Assembly: GCA_963790695.1 (NCBI GenBank)
Contig: CAWBPX010000013.1
Span: forward strand, 130,121-194,120
Direction: 5' to 3'
From: an uncultured Actinomycetes bacterium
GTDB lineage: Bacteria; Actinomycetota; Thermoleophilia; Gaiellales; Gaiellaceae
DNA: 64,000 nt
A program made the position numbers and the translations under genes. The notes under the pieces were generated by a model. It made no database searches. It was given only the letters and a program-made list of their open reading frames with translations, and was not told the origin of the DNA. Positions 26,925 to 38,819 of the stretch are shown here, in pieces (the first letter of the stretch is position 1; every line of letters starts with the position of its first letter).

Positions 26925-27788
26925 ATGCGGCTCCTCATCGTCAACCCCTTCGCGAGCGGGGTCTCGGACGACCGCGTGGCCGAGGTGCGCGACGTCCTCG
27001 GCGACGTGGAAGTCCGCGAGACCGAGCATCCGGGCCACGCGACCGAGCTCGCGCGGGAGGCGAACGCCGAGGCGGTCTACGTCTTCTCGGGGGACGGCGG
27101 GTTCAACGAGGTCCTGAACGGGATCGGGCCCGACACGCCGGTGGGCTTCGTCCCCGGGGGAGGGGCGAACGTGCTGCCGCGCGCGCTCGGGCTGCCGCGC
27201 GACCCGGTCGAGGCCGCTCGGCGACTCGTCTCGGCGAGCACGCGGCGGATCACGCTCGGGAAGGTCAACGGGCGGCGGTTCGCGTTCGCGGCCGGGATCG
27301 GGATCGACGCCGAGGCCGTGCGCCGCCTCGACGTGCTCGGCCGGACGGTCGAGGACGGGCGCGCCGGGAACATCCTGTTCGCCTGGGAGCTGGCCCGCCT
27401 GCTGGCCGAGCGGCGCGGACGCTTCAACCCGTCGCTCGAGGTCCTCGGCCAGGGCCGGGCCGCGTTCGCGCTCGTGGCGAACTGCGATCCGTACACGTAC
27501 GCGGGGCCGGTGCCGATCCGGATCGCGCCCGAGGCCCGCTTCGAGCTCGGGATCGACCTCGTCGCGCCGCGAGCCGTCTCGCCGTTCGCTCTGCCGCGGC
27601 TGCTCGGCTACGCGGTGCTCGGCCGGGGACAGGCGTCTGCGGGCGACATCCTGTACGGCCACGACCTCGACCGGATCGAGATCGTCTGCGACGGCCCGAT
27701 GCCGCTGCAGGTGGACGGGGAGGACCTCGGCGACGTCACCTCGGCCGTTTTCGAGGCCGAACGCAGCGCAGTGACCGTCCTGAACTAG
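26925..27788 (+). CDS. Diacylglycerol/lipid kinase family protein (YegS/DagK-like)
   Basis: ORF 26913..27788. MRLLIVNPFASG and VFSGDGGFNEV motifs. ATG 26925 is preferred; ATG 26913 is the alternative. Confidence 0.8.
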   Translation: MRLLIVNPFASGVSDDRVAEVRDVLGDVEVRETEHPGHATELAREANAEAVYVFSGDGGFNEVLNGIGPDTPVGFVPGGGANVLPRALGLPRDPVEAARRLVSASTRRITLGKVNGRRFAFAAGIGIDAEAVRRLDVLGRTVEDGRAGNILFAWELARLLAERRGRFNPSLEVLGQGRAAFALVANCDPYTYAGPVPIRIAPEARFELGIDLVAPRAVSPFALPRLLGYAVLGRGQASAGDILYGHDLDRIEIVCDGPMPLQVDGEDLGDVTSAVFEAERSAVTVLN

Positions 27789-27797
27789 ATTTCGGTC

Positions 27798-28674
27798 ATG
27801 ACAACGCGGTCCTGGCGCGGAGTAGCGGCGGTCGCGGGGCTTCTCGGCCTGCTCGCGCTCGTCGCGTTCGCCGCCGCCGGCCATGCGCCCGGAGGCGGAT
27901 CGAGCCGGCCGAGCGCGTCCACGCCGTCCGTCCTCAAGGACTACCTCGCGACGATCGCCCTGCTCATGCTCCCTGTCGGGCGCGTTCCTGATCTTCTGGG
28001 CGGCCTTCCTCAAGCGCGCCTACAAGGACGTGCCGCTGATGAAGAGCCCGGCCTACCCGCTCTCAGGTCGCGCCGAGGCCGTTCGCGTACATCACGGTGT
28101 TCGTCATCGTGCTGGCGATCGCGGCTCCACTGGGGCCACCGGCGCAACAGCGGCGGTGGGCGGTCGGCGAGCCTCGCCCGGCGGTCTCGGCGACCGCCAA
28201 GGCAGCGCGAAGGGCCAGCAAGCCGTACGACCCGCACTTCCAGTGGCTGCCGATGCCGTCCTCGGATCGATCGTGATCGTGGGCATCGTCGGCTCGATGA
28301 TGCTCCTCACCTACCGGCGCCGGCGCGAAGAGGACGACCCCGAGGTGATGCGCGTGACCGTCGCCCAGGTGCTGAGCGAGACGCTCGACGATCTCGTCCG
28401 CGAGCCCGATCCCCGCAAGGCCGTGATCGGGGCCTACGCGAGGATGGAGCGCACGCTCGCCGCCAGGGGCTTCCCGCGCGAGGAGTCCGAGGCGCCCGAC
28501 GAGTATCTCGCGCGGATCCTCGCGGTGGTCGGCGCGAGCGGCCATTCGGTGCGGCGCCTGACGAGGCTGTTCGAGCGCGCGCGCTTCAGCGAGCACGAGA
28601 TCGACTCGGGGATGAAGGAGGACGCGATCGACTCGCTGAGCGGCCTCCGCGCCGAGCTGCTGGTGGCGACGTGA
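27798..28674 (+). pseudogene. DUF4129-type membrane protein, three frameshifts
   Basis: Signal/TM in ORF 27798. FLIFWAAFLKRAYKD in ORF 27883. FAYITVFVIVLAIAAPL in the third frame. The conserved tail EAPDEYLARIL...LTRLFERARFSEHEI is in ORF 27883. Shifts near 27975, 28065 and 28258. Confidence 0.6.
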
Positions 28675-29188
28675 GGCAGGCGGTCGTCCGCTGGATCGGG
28701 TTCGCCGTCCTGGCGACCATCGCGCTGCTCGCGGCGCGGATGATCTGGCCGGGCCGACAGGAGCTGGAGCTCGACGTCTTCGTCCTCGTGCTCGGGACGT
28801 TCGGGCTGATCGTGCTTGCGTCGGAAGTCAGGCGCATCGCGCCGGATCGCCGGACGAGTCGCTGCTCGAGGAGGCGCTCGAGCCGGAGCCGCCCGAGGTA
28901 CAGCCGATCGCGGAGCTGCACCGCCTCGACCGCGAGCTGACGATGGGCTCGACGCGGTCGTTCGACCTCCACTACCGGCTGCGCCCGGTGCTGCGCGAGA
29001 TCGCCGCCGCGCGGCTCGAGCGCCGCGGCATGAGCCTCGACTCCGGCACTCCGGCGGTGCGCGAGGCGCTCGGGGAGAGCCTCTGGGAGGTGACCGACCC
29101 GGACCGGGAGCCGCCGCACGACCGGCTCGCCCCGGGCCTGGCCCTCGAGGAGCTCGAGCGAACCATCGCGCGTCTGGAGCGTCTCTAG
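28671..29188 (+). pseudogene. Hypothetical two-TM protein upstream of MoxR, one frameshift
   Basis: GTGA overlap start. VRQAVVRWIGFAVLATIALLAA...LVLGTFGLIVLA. A shift near 28845 leads into ORF 28943 (SFDLHYRLRPVLREIAAARLERRG...). Confidence 0.5.
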
Positions 29189-30157
<969 letters not shown>

Positions 30158-30161
<4 letters not shown>

Positions 30162-31429
30162 CGCGCACGGCGACCGGGAAGCTCCGCGTCTATCTCGTCC
30201 TTGCCGGGCTCGGCTTGCTCGGGTCGCTGGCGCTCGGTCGGCCGGAGCTGGCGGCGCTCGCCGCCCCGTTCGCGTTCTTCGTCGCGGTCGGGCTCACGGT
30301 CGGGCGCAAGGTGGAGGTTCGGGCCGCGTCCGAGCTCGACCACGAGCGCCAGCTCGAGGGGCGGCTCGTCACCCTGCAGCTGGAGGTCTCCGCCACGGAG
30401 CCCGTCGAGCGGCTGGAGCTCCTGCTCGACCTCGGCGACGGGCTCGAGTCGGAGGCGCCGAACCCGGTTCTGATGCGGCTCGGCCACGGGGAGCGGCGGG
30501 AGCTCGAGTTTCCCGTCCGCTGCGCGCGCTGGGGGACGTACGAGGTCGGGAACGTCGTCTGGCGCGCCCGGGACGGCTTCGGCCTGCTCGTGTCCGAGGG
30601 GCGGACGTCCGGCGGCCACCGGCTCAAGGTCTATCCGCACGGCGAGACCGTCCAGCGGCTCCTGCGCCCGCTCGAGACGCAGGCCTTCGCCGGGAACCAG
30701 GTCGCGCGCAGCCGCGGCGAGGGGATCGAGTTCGCCGACCTGAGGCCGTTCACGACCGGCGATCGCGTCCGGCGAGTGAACTGGCGCGCGACGGCTCGGC
30801 GCGGCGAGCCCTGGGTGAACGAGACGCATCCGGAGCGGAACTCGGACATCGTGCTCTTCCTGGACACGTTCTCCGAGGCCAGGCGGGACGACCTCGGGAC
30901 GCTCGACCTCGCGGTGCGGGCCGCCGCCTCGCTGTCCGCGCTCTATCTCCAGGAGAAGGACCGGGTGGGGCTCGTCTCCTTCGGCGGAGTCCTGAACTGG
31001 CTGACCGCGACCTCGGGCATGACGCAGCTCTACCGGATCGTCGACTCGCTGCTCGACGCGGAGATCGCGCTCAGCTACGCGTGGAAGGACCTGGACGTGA
31101 TCCCGCCGCGGACGCTGCCGCCGCGCGCGCTCGTCCTCGCGCTCAGCCCGCTGCTCGACGAGCGTGCCGTCGGTGCGCTGATCGATCTTCGGGCCCGCGG
31201 GTTCGACCTGGCCGTGATCGAGCTGTCGCCGTACTCGTTCGTGCCCGAGGGCGAGAGCGAGACCGAGCAGCTCGCGTACCGGCTCTGGCGGCTCAGGCGC
31301 GACGCGTTGCGGACGAGATATGCCTCGCTCGGAGTCCCGATCGTCGAGTGGCGTGAAGGGGTTCCGATGGAAGCGGTCGTGGAGGAGGTGAGGGCATTCA
31401 GGCGCCACGCCCGAGTGCTGCGCGCCTAG
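30158..31429 (+). CDS. DUF58 domain protein (MoxR-associated, vWA-like)
   Basis: GTG 30158 (GTGA overlap), in the frame of ORF 29189..31429. [28 protein letters not shown] motif. Intact. Confidence 0.85.
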
Positions 31430-31446
31430 CGACGGGCGCGGTCGCC

Positions 31447-31950
31447 GTGCTGGCCGCCGTTGGCCTCGCCGCGTATCCGGCTGCGCAGGACATCCGGCTG
31501 CAGCCGCTGGCGCTCGCGCTGGCGGCGATCGGCGTCGTCGCGCTCGTGCTCGGCCTGCTGGCGAGATGGCCCGCTGCGATCGGGCTCGCCCTGGTGTCGC
31601 TCGGCGGGACCTACGCGGTGCTGTTCGAGGCCGAAGGCTCGCGCCTGGACCGGCTCGCGCCTGCGTACGCGGCCGGGCTGCTGCTCGTCGCCGAGCTCGC
31701 GTTCTGGTCGATCGAGAGCCGCGTGCCGGCCTGGAGCGACCCGGAGCTCGTGATCTGGAGGCTGGCGCGCCTCGCGCTCGCATGCGCCGGAGCGGCCGTG
31801 CTCGGAGCGGTGGTCATCGCAGACGCTTCGGCGGCCAGCGGCGGAGGCGGGCTGTTCCTGGAGACGCTCGGTGTCGCCGCTGCGATCGGAGCCGTCGTCC
31901 TCGTCGTCGTGCTCCTGCGTCGGAGCGCCTTCGAGTCCGGAGCAGACTAG
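31447..31950 (+). CDS. Hypothetical polytopic membrane protein
   Basis: Complete ORF with four to five hydrophobic segments. Last gene of the MoxR cluster. Confidence 0.55.
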   Translation: MLAAVGLAAYPAAQDIRLQPLALALAAIGVVALVLGLLARWPAAIGLALVSLGGTYAVLFEAEGSRLDRLAPAYAAGLLLVAELAFWSIESRVPAWSDPELVIWRLARLALACAGAAVLGAVVIADASAASGGGGLFLETLGVAAAIGAVVLVVVLLRRSAFESGAD

Positions 31951-31974
31951 TCCGCTACGGACTATAATCCGGGC

Positions 31975-32530
31975 GTGCCCACGGCGCAGGCCAGCCGAAC
32001 CGGACTCTCGACCACGGAGCTCTCGGTGCTCGGCCTGCTTTCTGTGTTCGGCGAGCGCTCGGGATACGACCTGAAGAAGCACGCCGAGGTGGGTGTCGGC
32101 TACGTCTGGACGGGTGCGAAGAGCCACATCTACGCGGTGCTCCCCCGGCTCGTCGCAGTCCGGATTCGCGACCGTTCGACACGTCGAGCAGGGCCGTCGG
32201 CCCGACAAGCAGGTCTACAAGATCACGAGGGAGGGTCGAAAGGCCTTCCGGGCCTGGCTCGAGGAGCCGGTGGAGGAGCGGCCCGGCTCGCGGAGCACCT
32301 TCCTGCTGAAGGTCTTCTTCGGCGGCGACATGAGCCGCGAGGCGCTGGTCGCCCACATCGAGCGCAAGCGCGAGGAAGCGACCCGCGAGGTCGCCGAGTA
32401 CCGCGAGATCGAGGAGCGGATCCGAGACGAGGAGTCCTCCTACTTCGGGTACGTGACCCTGCGCTGGGGGATCGCCCAGGCCGAGGCGTGGATCGAGTGG
32501 GCGGACGAGATCCTCGGGGAGCTCGCGTGA
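31975..32530 (+). pseudogene. PadR-family transcriptional regulator, one frameshift
   Basis: LSVLGLLSVFGERSGYDLKK...SHIYAVLPRL. A shift near 32155 leads into ORF 32093 (GRRPDKQVYKITREGRKAFRAWL...). Confidence 0.75.
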
Positions 32531-33961
32531 GAGTCGCGCTCGCGGTCCTCATCGGCCGCGCTCGTCGCCGTGCCGGCTGCGGGCGGCTACCGGAACCCGA
32601 CGCCCGGCAAGGCCGTGGTCCTGCAGAAGCCGGGCATGCACCGCGCCAAGGTCCGCCGGAACGTCGTCTATCAGCGCTCGCCGCGCCTGAGGATGGACGT
32701 CTACCGCCCGCGGAAGCGTTCGCGGCCGCCTGCCGGCGGTCCTCGCTCGGCGGGCCGCCGGGCTCCGGGAGGACCAGCGGTCAGAAGGTCGGCTGGGCGC
32801 AGCTGATCGCAGCATCGGGGCTGAGCGCCGTCGCGTTCGACATCCGCTCCGACGGGCGTCTCCGGTCGCCGCGCAACCCGGCGCTGGACGTCCAGTCCGC
32901 GATCGCGTACGTCCGCTCGCACGCGAAGCGACTCGGCATCGATCCGAGCCGGCTCTGCACACTCGGCTTCTCGGCTCCCTGGCATCTCTGGGCGACGATG
33001 CGCGATCCCCGTCCGTGGCTTCGCTGCAACGTCGTCTACTACGAGCCCCTCGACTTCCAGAGCGCCGCGCTCGGCGATGAGTTCTCCGCCCTGACCTACC
33101 TGCGCCGGTCGCCGGGCTCCATCCCGCCGATGCTGGTCGTGAAGGCGGGACGCGACGCGACGGCCGGGATCAACGAGTCGATCGACCGCTTCCAGGCCGC
33201 GGCGAGCGCGCTGCACGCCGACGTTCGCGTCGCCACCTACCCGGAAGGCGCGCACGGGTTCGACGTCGGGCCGAGGACGAGCGGCGCGAAGGCGGTCGTC
33301 CGCCAGACGCTGCGCTACCTGCAGGCGAGGCTGGCGCCGCCGCTTCGGATCTTCGAGGCGTGCGCGACCCCTGCGGAGCGCGCGTCCACGCTGCGCTTCT
33401 TCGCCTCCGACGACACGCCGCTCGCGGGCGTCGTCCTCGGGAGCGGCCCGCGCGGGCTCGTGCTGGCCCACGGGCAGGGCGGCGACGTGTGCGAGTGGCT
33501 CCCCTATGCGCGGGACTTTGCCGACGAGCGGCTACCGGGTGCTCGTGTACGACGCGCGCTCGGGGCTCCGGGTCGACCTCGACCAGGCGGCGGCGGTCGA
33601 GGCGCTCCGCCGCACGGGATCCGAGCACGTGATCGCGATGGGCTCGTCCATGGGCGCCATCGCCAGCCTCATCGGGAGCGCTTCGCTGCCGTCGGCGCCC
33701 GCAGCCGTGGTCAGCCTCTCCGCGCCTGCCGGGTTCGGGCCGCTCCACGCCCTGCCGGCCGTGGCGCGGCTGCAGGCGCCGACCTTCTTCGGCGCATCGG
33801 AGCAGGACGATCCGTTCGTGGGCGACGCTCGCGCGCTCTACGCAGCTTCGGTCTCGTCCGACAAGCGGCTCGACATCCTGCCCGGCGCGGCGCACGGCTC
33901 GGCGATGCTCCAGGACTCCGCGTTTCGCGCTCGGGTCGAGGCTTTCATCGCCTCCCACTAG
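32527..33961 (+). pseudogene. Tandem alpha/beta-hydrolase protein (two hydrolase-like halves), about three frameshifts
   Basis: GTGA overlap start with a signal-like N-terminus. First half VAFDIRSDG...LCTLGFSAP...GAHGFD. Second half LVLAHGQGGD...AMGSSMGA...PGAAHGS (ORF 33506). Shifts near 32555, 32720 and 33525. No in-frame stop between the halves. Confidence 0.5.
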
Positions 33962-33977
33962 ATAGATTCCGTCCGGT

Positions 33978-35045
33978 ATGGCGCAGGTGCTTCCGGCCGA
34001 GCGTGACCTTCGGCGTGTGATCGGCGACGGCGACGCGGTGCCCGACGGGGAGGTCGAAGGGCTCACCGACCACGACCTCGTCGAGCTCTACCGCAGCCTC
34101 GTCCTCCTGCGCACGTACGACGAGCGCTCGGTCGTCTACCACCGCCAGGGCCGGATCGGGACGTACGCGATCTACTGGAACCACGAGGCGATGCAGGCCG
34201 GCTCCGTGTACGCGCTCGACGAGGACGACTGGATCTTCCCGAGCTACCGCGAGTCGGCGATCGGGCTCCTGCGCGGGATGCCCGTCTCCACGGTGCTCTC
34301 CTGGTGGCGCGGCCATCCGGCGGGCTGGTGGAACCCGGCCGACTACAACGTCGCCTCGATCTGCGTGCCGATCGGGACGCACGTCCCGCACGCGGCGGGC
34401 CTCGCCTGGGGCAAGCGGCTGCGCGGCGAGAACGCGTGCGCGATCGCGTACTTCGGGGACGGCGCCACGTCCGAGGGCGCGTTCCACGAGGGCGCCAACT
34501 TCGCCGCCGTCATGCGCGCGCCGCTCGTCCTCTTCTGCAACAACAACGGCTGGGCGATCTCGACGCCGGTCGAGGCGCAGACCCGGGCCGAGACGCTGGC
34601 CGACAAGGCGATCGGCTACGGCATGCCGGCGGCGCGGGTGGACGGGCTCGACATCCTCGCGGTGTACGAGGCGACGCGCGAAGCCGTTGCGCGCGCCCGT
34701 GCGGGCGACGGCCCGACGTTCATCGAGGCGGTCAGCTACCGCGCCGCGCCGCACGCGACGGCGGACGACCCGAAGGCGTACATCGACCTGGAGCGGGTCG
34801 AGGAGGAGCGCAAGCGCGAGTGCGTCGGCCGGTACGAGGGCTATCTGCGCCGCGCCGGGATCCTCACCGACGAGATGGCCGAGTCGATCCGCGGCGAGGC
34901 CGAGCAGGCGATGCGCGACGGGATCGCGGCCGCGGAGGCCGAGGCGCCTGCGGATCCGGGTCTCCTCTTCGAGCACGCGCTGGCCGATCCGCCGGCGTCG
35001 TTCGACACCGACCTCGCAGAGCTGCGGAGGGTCCTCGGTGGCTGA
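33978..35045 (+). CDS. 2-oxoacid (pyruvate/branched-chain) dehydrogenase E1 alpha subunit, TPP-dependent
   Basis: Complete ORF. YFGDGATSEGAFHEGANFAAV...FCNNNGWAIS. Confidence 0.9.
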   Translation: MAQVLPAERDLRRVIGDGDAVPDGEVEGLTDHDLVELYRSLVLLRTYDERSVVYHRQGRIGTYAIYWNHEAMQAGSVYALDEDDWIFPSYRESAIGLLRGMPVSTVLSWWRGHPAGWWNPADYNVASICVPIGTHVPHAAGLAWGKRLRGENACAIAYFGDGATSEGAFHEGANFAAVMRAPLVLFCNNNGWAISTPVEAQTRAETLADKAIGYGMPAARVDGLDILAVYEATREAVARARAGDGPTFIEAVSYRAAPHATADDPKAYIDLERVEEERKRECVGRYEGYLRRAGILTDEMAESIRGEAEQAMRDGIAAAEAEAPADPGLLFEHALADPPASFDTDLAELRRVLGG

Positions 35046-36012
35046 GCTGACGCTCGTGGAGGCGATCAACGACTGCTTCCACGTCGAGCTGGAACGTGAC
35101 GAGAACGTGCTCGTCATGGGCGAGGACGTCGGCCGCGCCGGCGGCGTCTTCCGCGCCACGGCGGGGCTGCGCGACAAGTACGGCCCGGAGCGCTGCATCG
35201 ACACGCCGCTCGCCGAGGCCGGGATCATGGGGACCGCGATCGGGCTCTGTATGGCCGGCTGGCGGCCGGTCTGCGAGATGCAGTACGACGCGTTCAGCTA
35301 TCCGGCGCTCGACCAGCTGATCACGCACGTCGGGCGCTACCGCTGGCGCACCGGCGGGAAGATGGAGTTCCCGATCACGGTGCGCATGCCCTACGGCGGC
35401 GGTGTCCGCGCGCCGGAGCTGCACGACGACTCGCCGGAGGCCTACTACGTGCACACCCCGGGCGTGAAGGTCGCGATCCCGTCGACTCCGAGCGACGCAA
35501 AAGGCCTGCTCGCGGCGGCAATTCGCGATCCCGATCCCGTCATCATCTTCGAGCCCAAGCTCCACTACCGGACGCTCCGCGGCGAGGTGCCCGAGGGCGA
35601 TCACGTCGTCCCGCTCGGGCAGGCGCGCACGGTTCGCGAGGGAGAGGACGTGACGCTCGTGGCGTACGGGTCGATGGTGCCGCTCGCGGAGCAGGCCGCG
35701 GACGCGTTCGCCGACCGCGCCTCGGCGGAGATCCTCGACATCCGTTCGCTGAAGCCGCTCGACGAGGACGCGCTGCTCGCGGCGGCGGCCAAGACGGGAC
35801 GCGTCGTGATCATCCAGGAAGCGCCGCGGACGGCCGGCTACGGCGCCGAGCTCGCCGCGATCCTGGCGGAGAAGGCGATGCTCGATCTGCGCGGCCCGGT
35901 CCTTCGCGTGACCGGCTACGACGTGCCGTACCCGTACTGGCAGATCGAGGACGCGTACATGCCGTCGGTCGAGCGGGTCGTGGACGCGGTCGAGAAGCTC
36001 CTGGAGTATTAG
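35038..36012 (+). CDS. 2-oxoacid dehydrogenase E1 beta subunit
   Basis: GTG 35038 in ORF 34687..36012. MGEDVGRAGGVFRAT, IDTPLAEAGI, MQYDAFSYPA. Confidence 0.9.
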   Translation: MAELTLVEAINDCFHVELERDENVLVMGEDVGRAGGVFRATAGLRDKYGPERCIDTPLAEAGIMGTAIGLCMAGWRPVCEMQYDAFSYPALDQLITHVGRYRWRTGGKMEFPITVRMPYGGGVRAPELHDDSPEAYYVHTPGVKVAIPSTPSDAKGLLAAAIRDPDPVIIFEPKLHYRTLRGEVPEGDHVVPLGQARTVREGEDVTLVAYGSMVPLAEQAADAFADRASAEILDIRSLKPLDEDALLAAAAKTGRVVIIQEAPRTAGYGAELAAILAEKAMLDLRGPVLRVTGYDVPYPYWQIEDAYMPSVERVVDAVEKLLEY

Positions 36013-36874
36013 TGGCGACGCACGAGCTTCCGCTCGAGCAGCGATACCTGCACGGGCACTTCTCGAGGACCTCGAGCCGGCGATCGAGATCGACCCCGGC
36101 GACTCCGTCAAGTTCTTCACGCCCAATCACGCGTGGGACATCGCCCGCGACGAGCGCTTCGCCCCGCGGAGCCCCGAGCTGGACGAGGGCCACGCGCTCG
36201 CCGGCCCGATCTTCGTTCGCGGCGCGAAGGCCGGCCAGACGCTCGTCGTCCAGATCGAGGCGGTCGACCCCGCTCCCTGGGGCGTCGTGCACGGAGGCCG
36301 TGACCATGCGATTCATTGGGAGCTGGCGAACGGCATCGGCCGGTCCGAGCGCTTCGAGATCAAGCTCGCGCCCTTTCTCGGCGTGATGGGCATGCCGCCG
36401 CCCGAGCCGGGCGTGCACTCGACCGGTCCGCCGAGGCGCTGGGGCGGGAACATGGACTGCAAGGAGCTCGTGGCCGGAACGACGCTCTATCTCCCGATCC
36501 CGGTCGACGGCGCGCTCTTCTCCGCCGGAGACGGGCACGCGGTGCAGGGCGACGGCGAGGTGTCGGGAACCGCGATCGAGGCGCCGACGAGCGCGCAGGT
36601 GACGCTGGACGTGGCGGAGGAGCCGGTGCTCGAGTGGCCGATCGCGCGGATCGACGGCGGCTGGATCGCGCTCGGCTTCGCGGAGACTCTCGAGGAAGCG
36701 GGAACGCGCGCCATGGCAGGGATGCTCGCGTTGATCGAGCGCGAGCTCGGCGTGAGCGGGGCGGATGCGATGGCGCTCGCCAGCCTCGGCGTCGACCTCC
36801 GCATCACCCAGATCGTGAACGGCTCCGTCGGCGTGCATGCCGTGCTGCGCGACGACGCTTTCCGGTCCGCGTAG
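36012..36874 (+). pseudogene. Acetamidase/formamidase family protein, one frameshift
   Basis: The start overlaps the E1 beta TAG. A shift near 36068 leads into the ORF 36287 frame. GGNMDCKELVAGTTLYLPI...SAGDGHAVQGDGEVSGTAIE. Confidence 0.75.
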
Positions 36875-36883
36875 ATTGAGCGC

Positions 36884-37258
36884 ATGGCAGCCGGCACGGA
36901 AGCGCTTCGGCGCGCCTGGGAGCACGACAGCGCAGGCCGTGAGCAGGAGGCGATCGTCGAGTACCGCGCTGCGCTCGAGGCCGGGGTCCCCGACGAGGAC
37001 CTCCTCGGGGCGATGCTCGGCTTCGGAAGCACGCTGAGGAATGTCGGCGAGCTGGAGGAGTCCGAACGCGTGCTGCGCGAGGCGGTGACCCGCTTCCCGG
37101 ATCACGCGGCCCTGCGGTTCTTTCTCGCGCTCACGCGCTGGGAGCGCGACGACAAGGGCGGAGCCTGGCGCGAGCTGGTCGAGGCGCTCTTCCGCGCCGA
37201 CGCGCCGGGCATGGCTCGGTACGAGCGGGCGATCCGCGGCTACTCGGCCGAGCTCTGA
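36884..37258 (+). CDS. Tetratricopeptide-repeat protein
   Basis: Complete ORF of 124 aa with TPR-like helical repeats (AIVEYRAALEAG, ESERVLREAVTRFPD). Confidence 0.6.
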   Translation: MAAGTEALRRAWEHDSAGREQEAIVEYRAALEAGVPDEDLLGAMLGFGSTLRNVGELEESERVLREAVTRFPDHAALRFFLALTRWERDDKGGAWRELVEALFRADAPGMARYERAIRGYSAEL

Positions 37259-37305
37259 GCGACCGTCTGCGTCTGCTGCTCGAGCGAGCGGGCTCGGGGT
37301 TTCGG

Positions 37306-37642
37306 TTGCGAGACGCGGCGACCGGCGAGGTCGTGCGCTGGGAGGACGAGCGTGTGCGAGTGGTGCCCGTGGCGGGCGTCTCCTTCCGGCCCGAGGCGCA
37401 CGAAGATCCGTCGTTCGATCCCGGCCTGTCGGTCGCGCTCGTCCCCGAGCCGGACAACGAGCACGATCCGAACGCGGTCGGCATCTGGAACGAGCAGCGG
37501 ACGCTCCAGGCCGGCTACGTCCCGCGTGAGGTGGCGCCCGAGCTCGACCGGCGACGAGCAGGCCGTGTCGCTCTGGCGCGTCGAGGGCGGGCTCCGCGTG
37601 CTGATCGCGCCCGCCGATGCCTGGATCGGGCGCCCGCGATAG
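37306..37642 (+). pseudogene. Stand-alone HIRAN-domain protein, one frameshift
   Basis: VAGVSFRPEAH...VALVPEPDNEHDPNAVGIWNE...AGYVPREVA. A shift near 37548 leads into ORF 37352, which ends at 37642. TTG start. Confidence 0.65.
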
Positions 37643-37654
37643 ATTTCCGGCGCT

Positions 37655-38768
37655 GTGGCGTACGAGTTCAAGCTCCCCGATCTCGGCGAAGGCCTGACCG
37701 AAGGCGAGGTCGCCCGCTGGCTCGTCGCCGAGTCGGCGACGAGGTGACCGAGGACCAGCCGCTCGTCGAGATCCAGACCGACAAGACGACCGTCGAGATT
37801 CCGTCGCCCGCCGCGGGGAAAGTCGCCCAGATCCTCGTCGAGGAGGGCAAGGTCGTCCCGGTCGGGACGATCCTCGTCGTCATCGGAGAGGACGGAGCCG
37901 CACCGGCCGTCGAGGAGCAGCCGAGAGCGGAGCCGGCGCCTTCGGCCAGGCCCCGGGGACAGGCACCGAGACGTGCCGCCGGATGGACGAGTGCGCGCGA
38001 CGCCGCTCGTCCGGCGGCTCGCTCAGGAGCTCGAGGTCGACCTCGAAGGCGCTCACGGGCACAGGGCCGCAAGGACGGGTGACCGAGAAGGACGTGCGCG
38101 AAGCGGCCACGTCTGAGCGTCTGACACCGGGACCGGGCTCGGAGGGACGGCGCGAGCCGCTGCGCGGGGTGCGGAGGCTGATCGCCGAGCACATGGCGCG
38201 TGCGCACAAGGAGGTGCCGGCGGTCACCTGGGTCGAGGAGTGCGACTTCTCCGGGGTCGACCTCAAGCTCCTCGTGCCGACGGTGCTCAAGGCCGCCGCC
38301 GAGACGCTGAAGGAGTTCCCCGAGCTGAACGCGCGCCTCGACGGAGACGAGATCGTCTACCTCGACCGCTACGACCTGGGCGTCGCTGTCCAGACCGACG
38401 ACGGCCTCGTCGTCCCGGTCGTCCGCAACTGCGACTCGGCCTCGATCGAGGATCTCGCCGCCGAGGTTCAGCGCATGGCCGAAGCCGCCCGCGCGGGCGG
38501 GCTCAAGCCCGAGGAGCTCCGCGGCTCCACGTTCACGGTCACGAGCGCCGGCAAGCTGGCCGGCCTCTTCCAGACCCCGATCGTGAATCACCCGGAGGTG
38601 GCGATCCTGAGCATCGGCCGCGTGGCGGAACGCCCGGTCGTCCGTGACGGCGAGCTTGCGGTCGCGCCGACGGGCTATCTCTCCGTCACGTTCGACCACC
38701 GCGTCGTCGACGGCGCGCGCGCCGCGGAGTTCGGTCTCGCGGTGATCCGCCGCCTCGCGGCCTCGTAA
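37655..38768 (+). pseudogene. Dihydrolipoamide acyltransferase (E2) component, three frameshifts
   Basis: Lipoyl domain FKLPDLGEGLTEGEV...EIQTDKTTVEIPSP. Subunit-binding RATPLVRRLAQELEVDL. Catalytic domain DHRVVDGA in ORF 37983. Shifts near 37735, 37975 and 38050. Confidence 0.85.
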
Positions 38769-38774
38769 ACCGAA

Positions 38775-38798
38775 GAGCCCGGCACGAAGGCCGGGCTC
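38775..38798. terminator. Bidirectional terminator hairpin
   Basis: GAGCCCGGC-acgaag-GCCGGGCTC between convergent E2 (stop 38768) and the CHRD gene (stop 38820). Confidence 0.6.
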
Positions 38799-38819
38799 TC
38801 CAGCAGACGAGGTGCGCGG

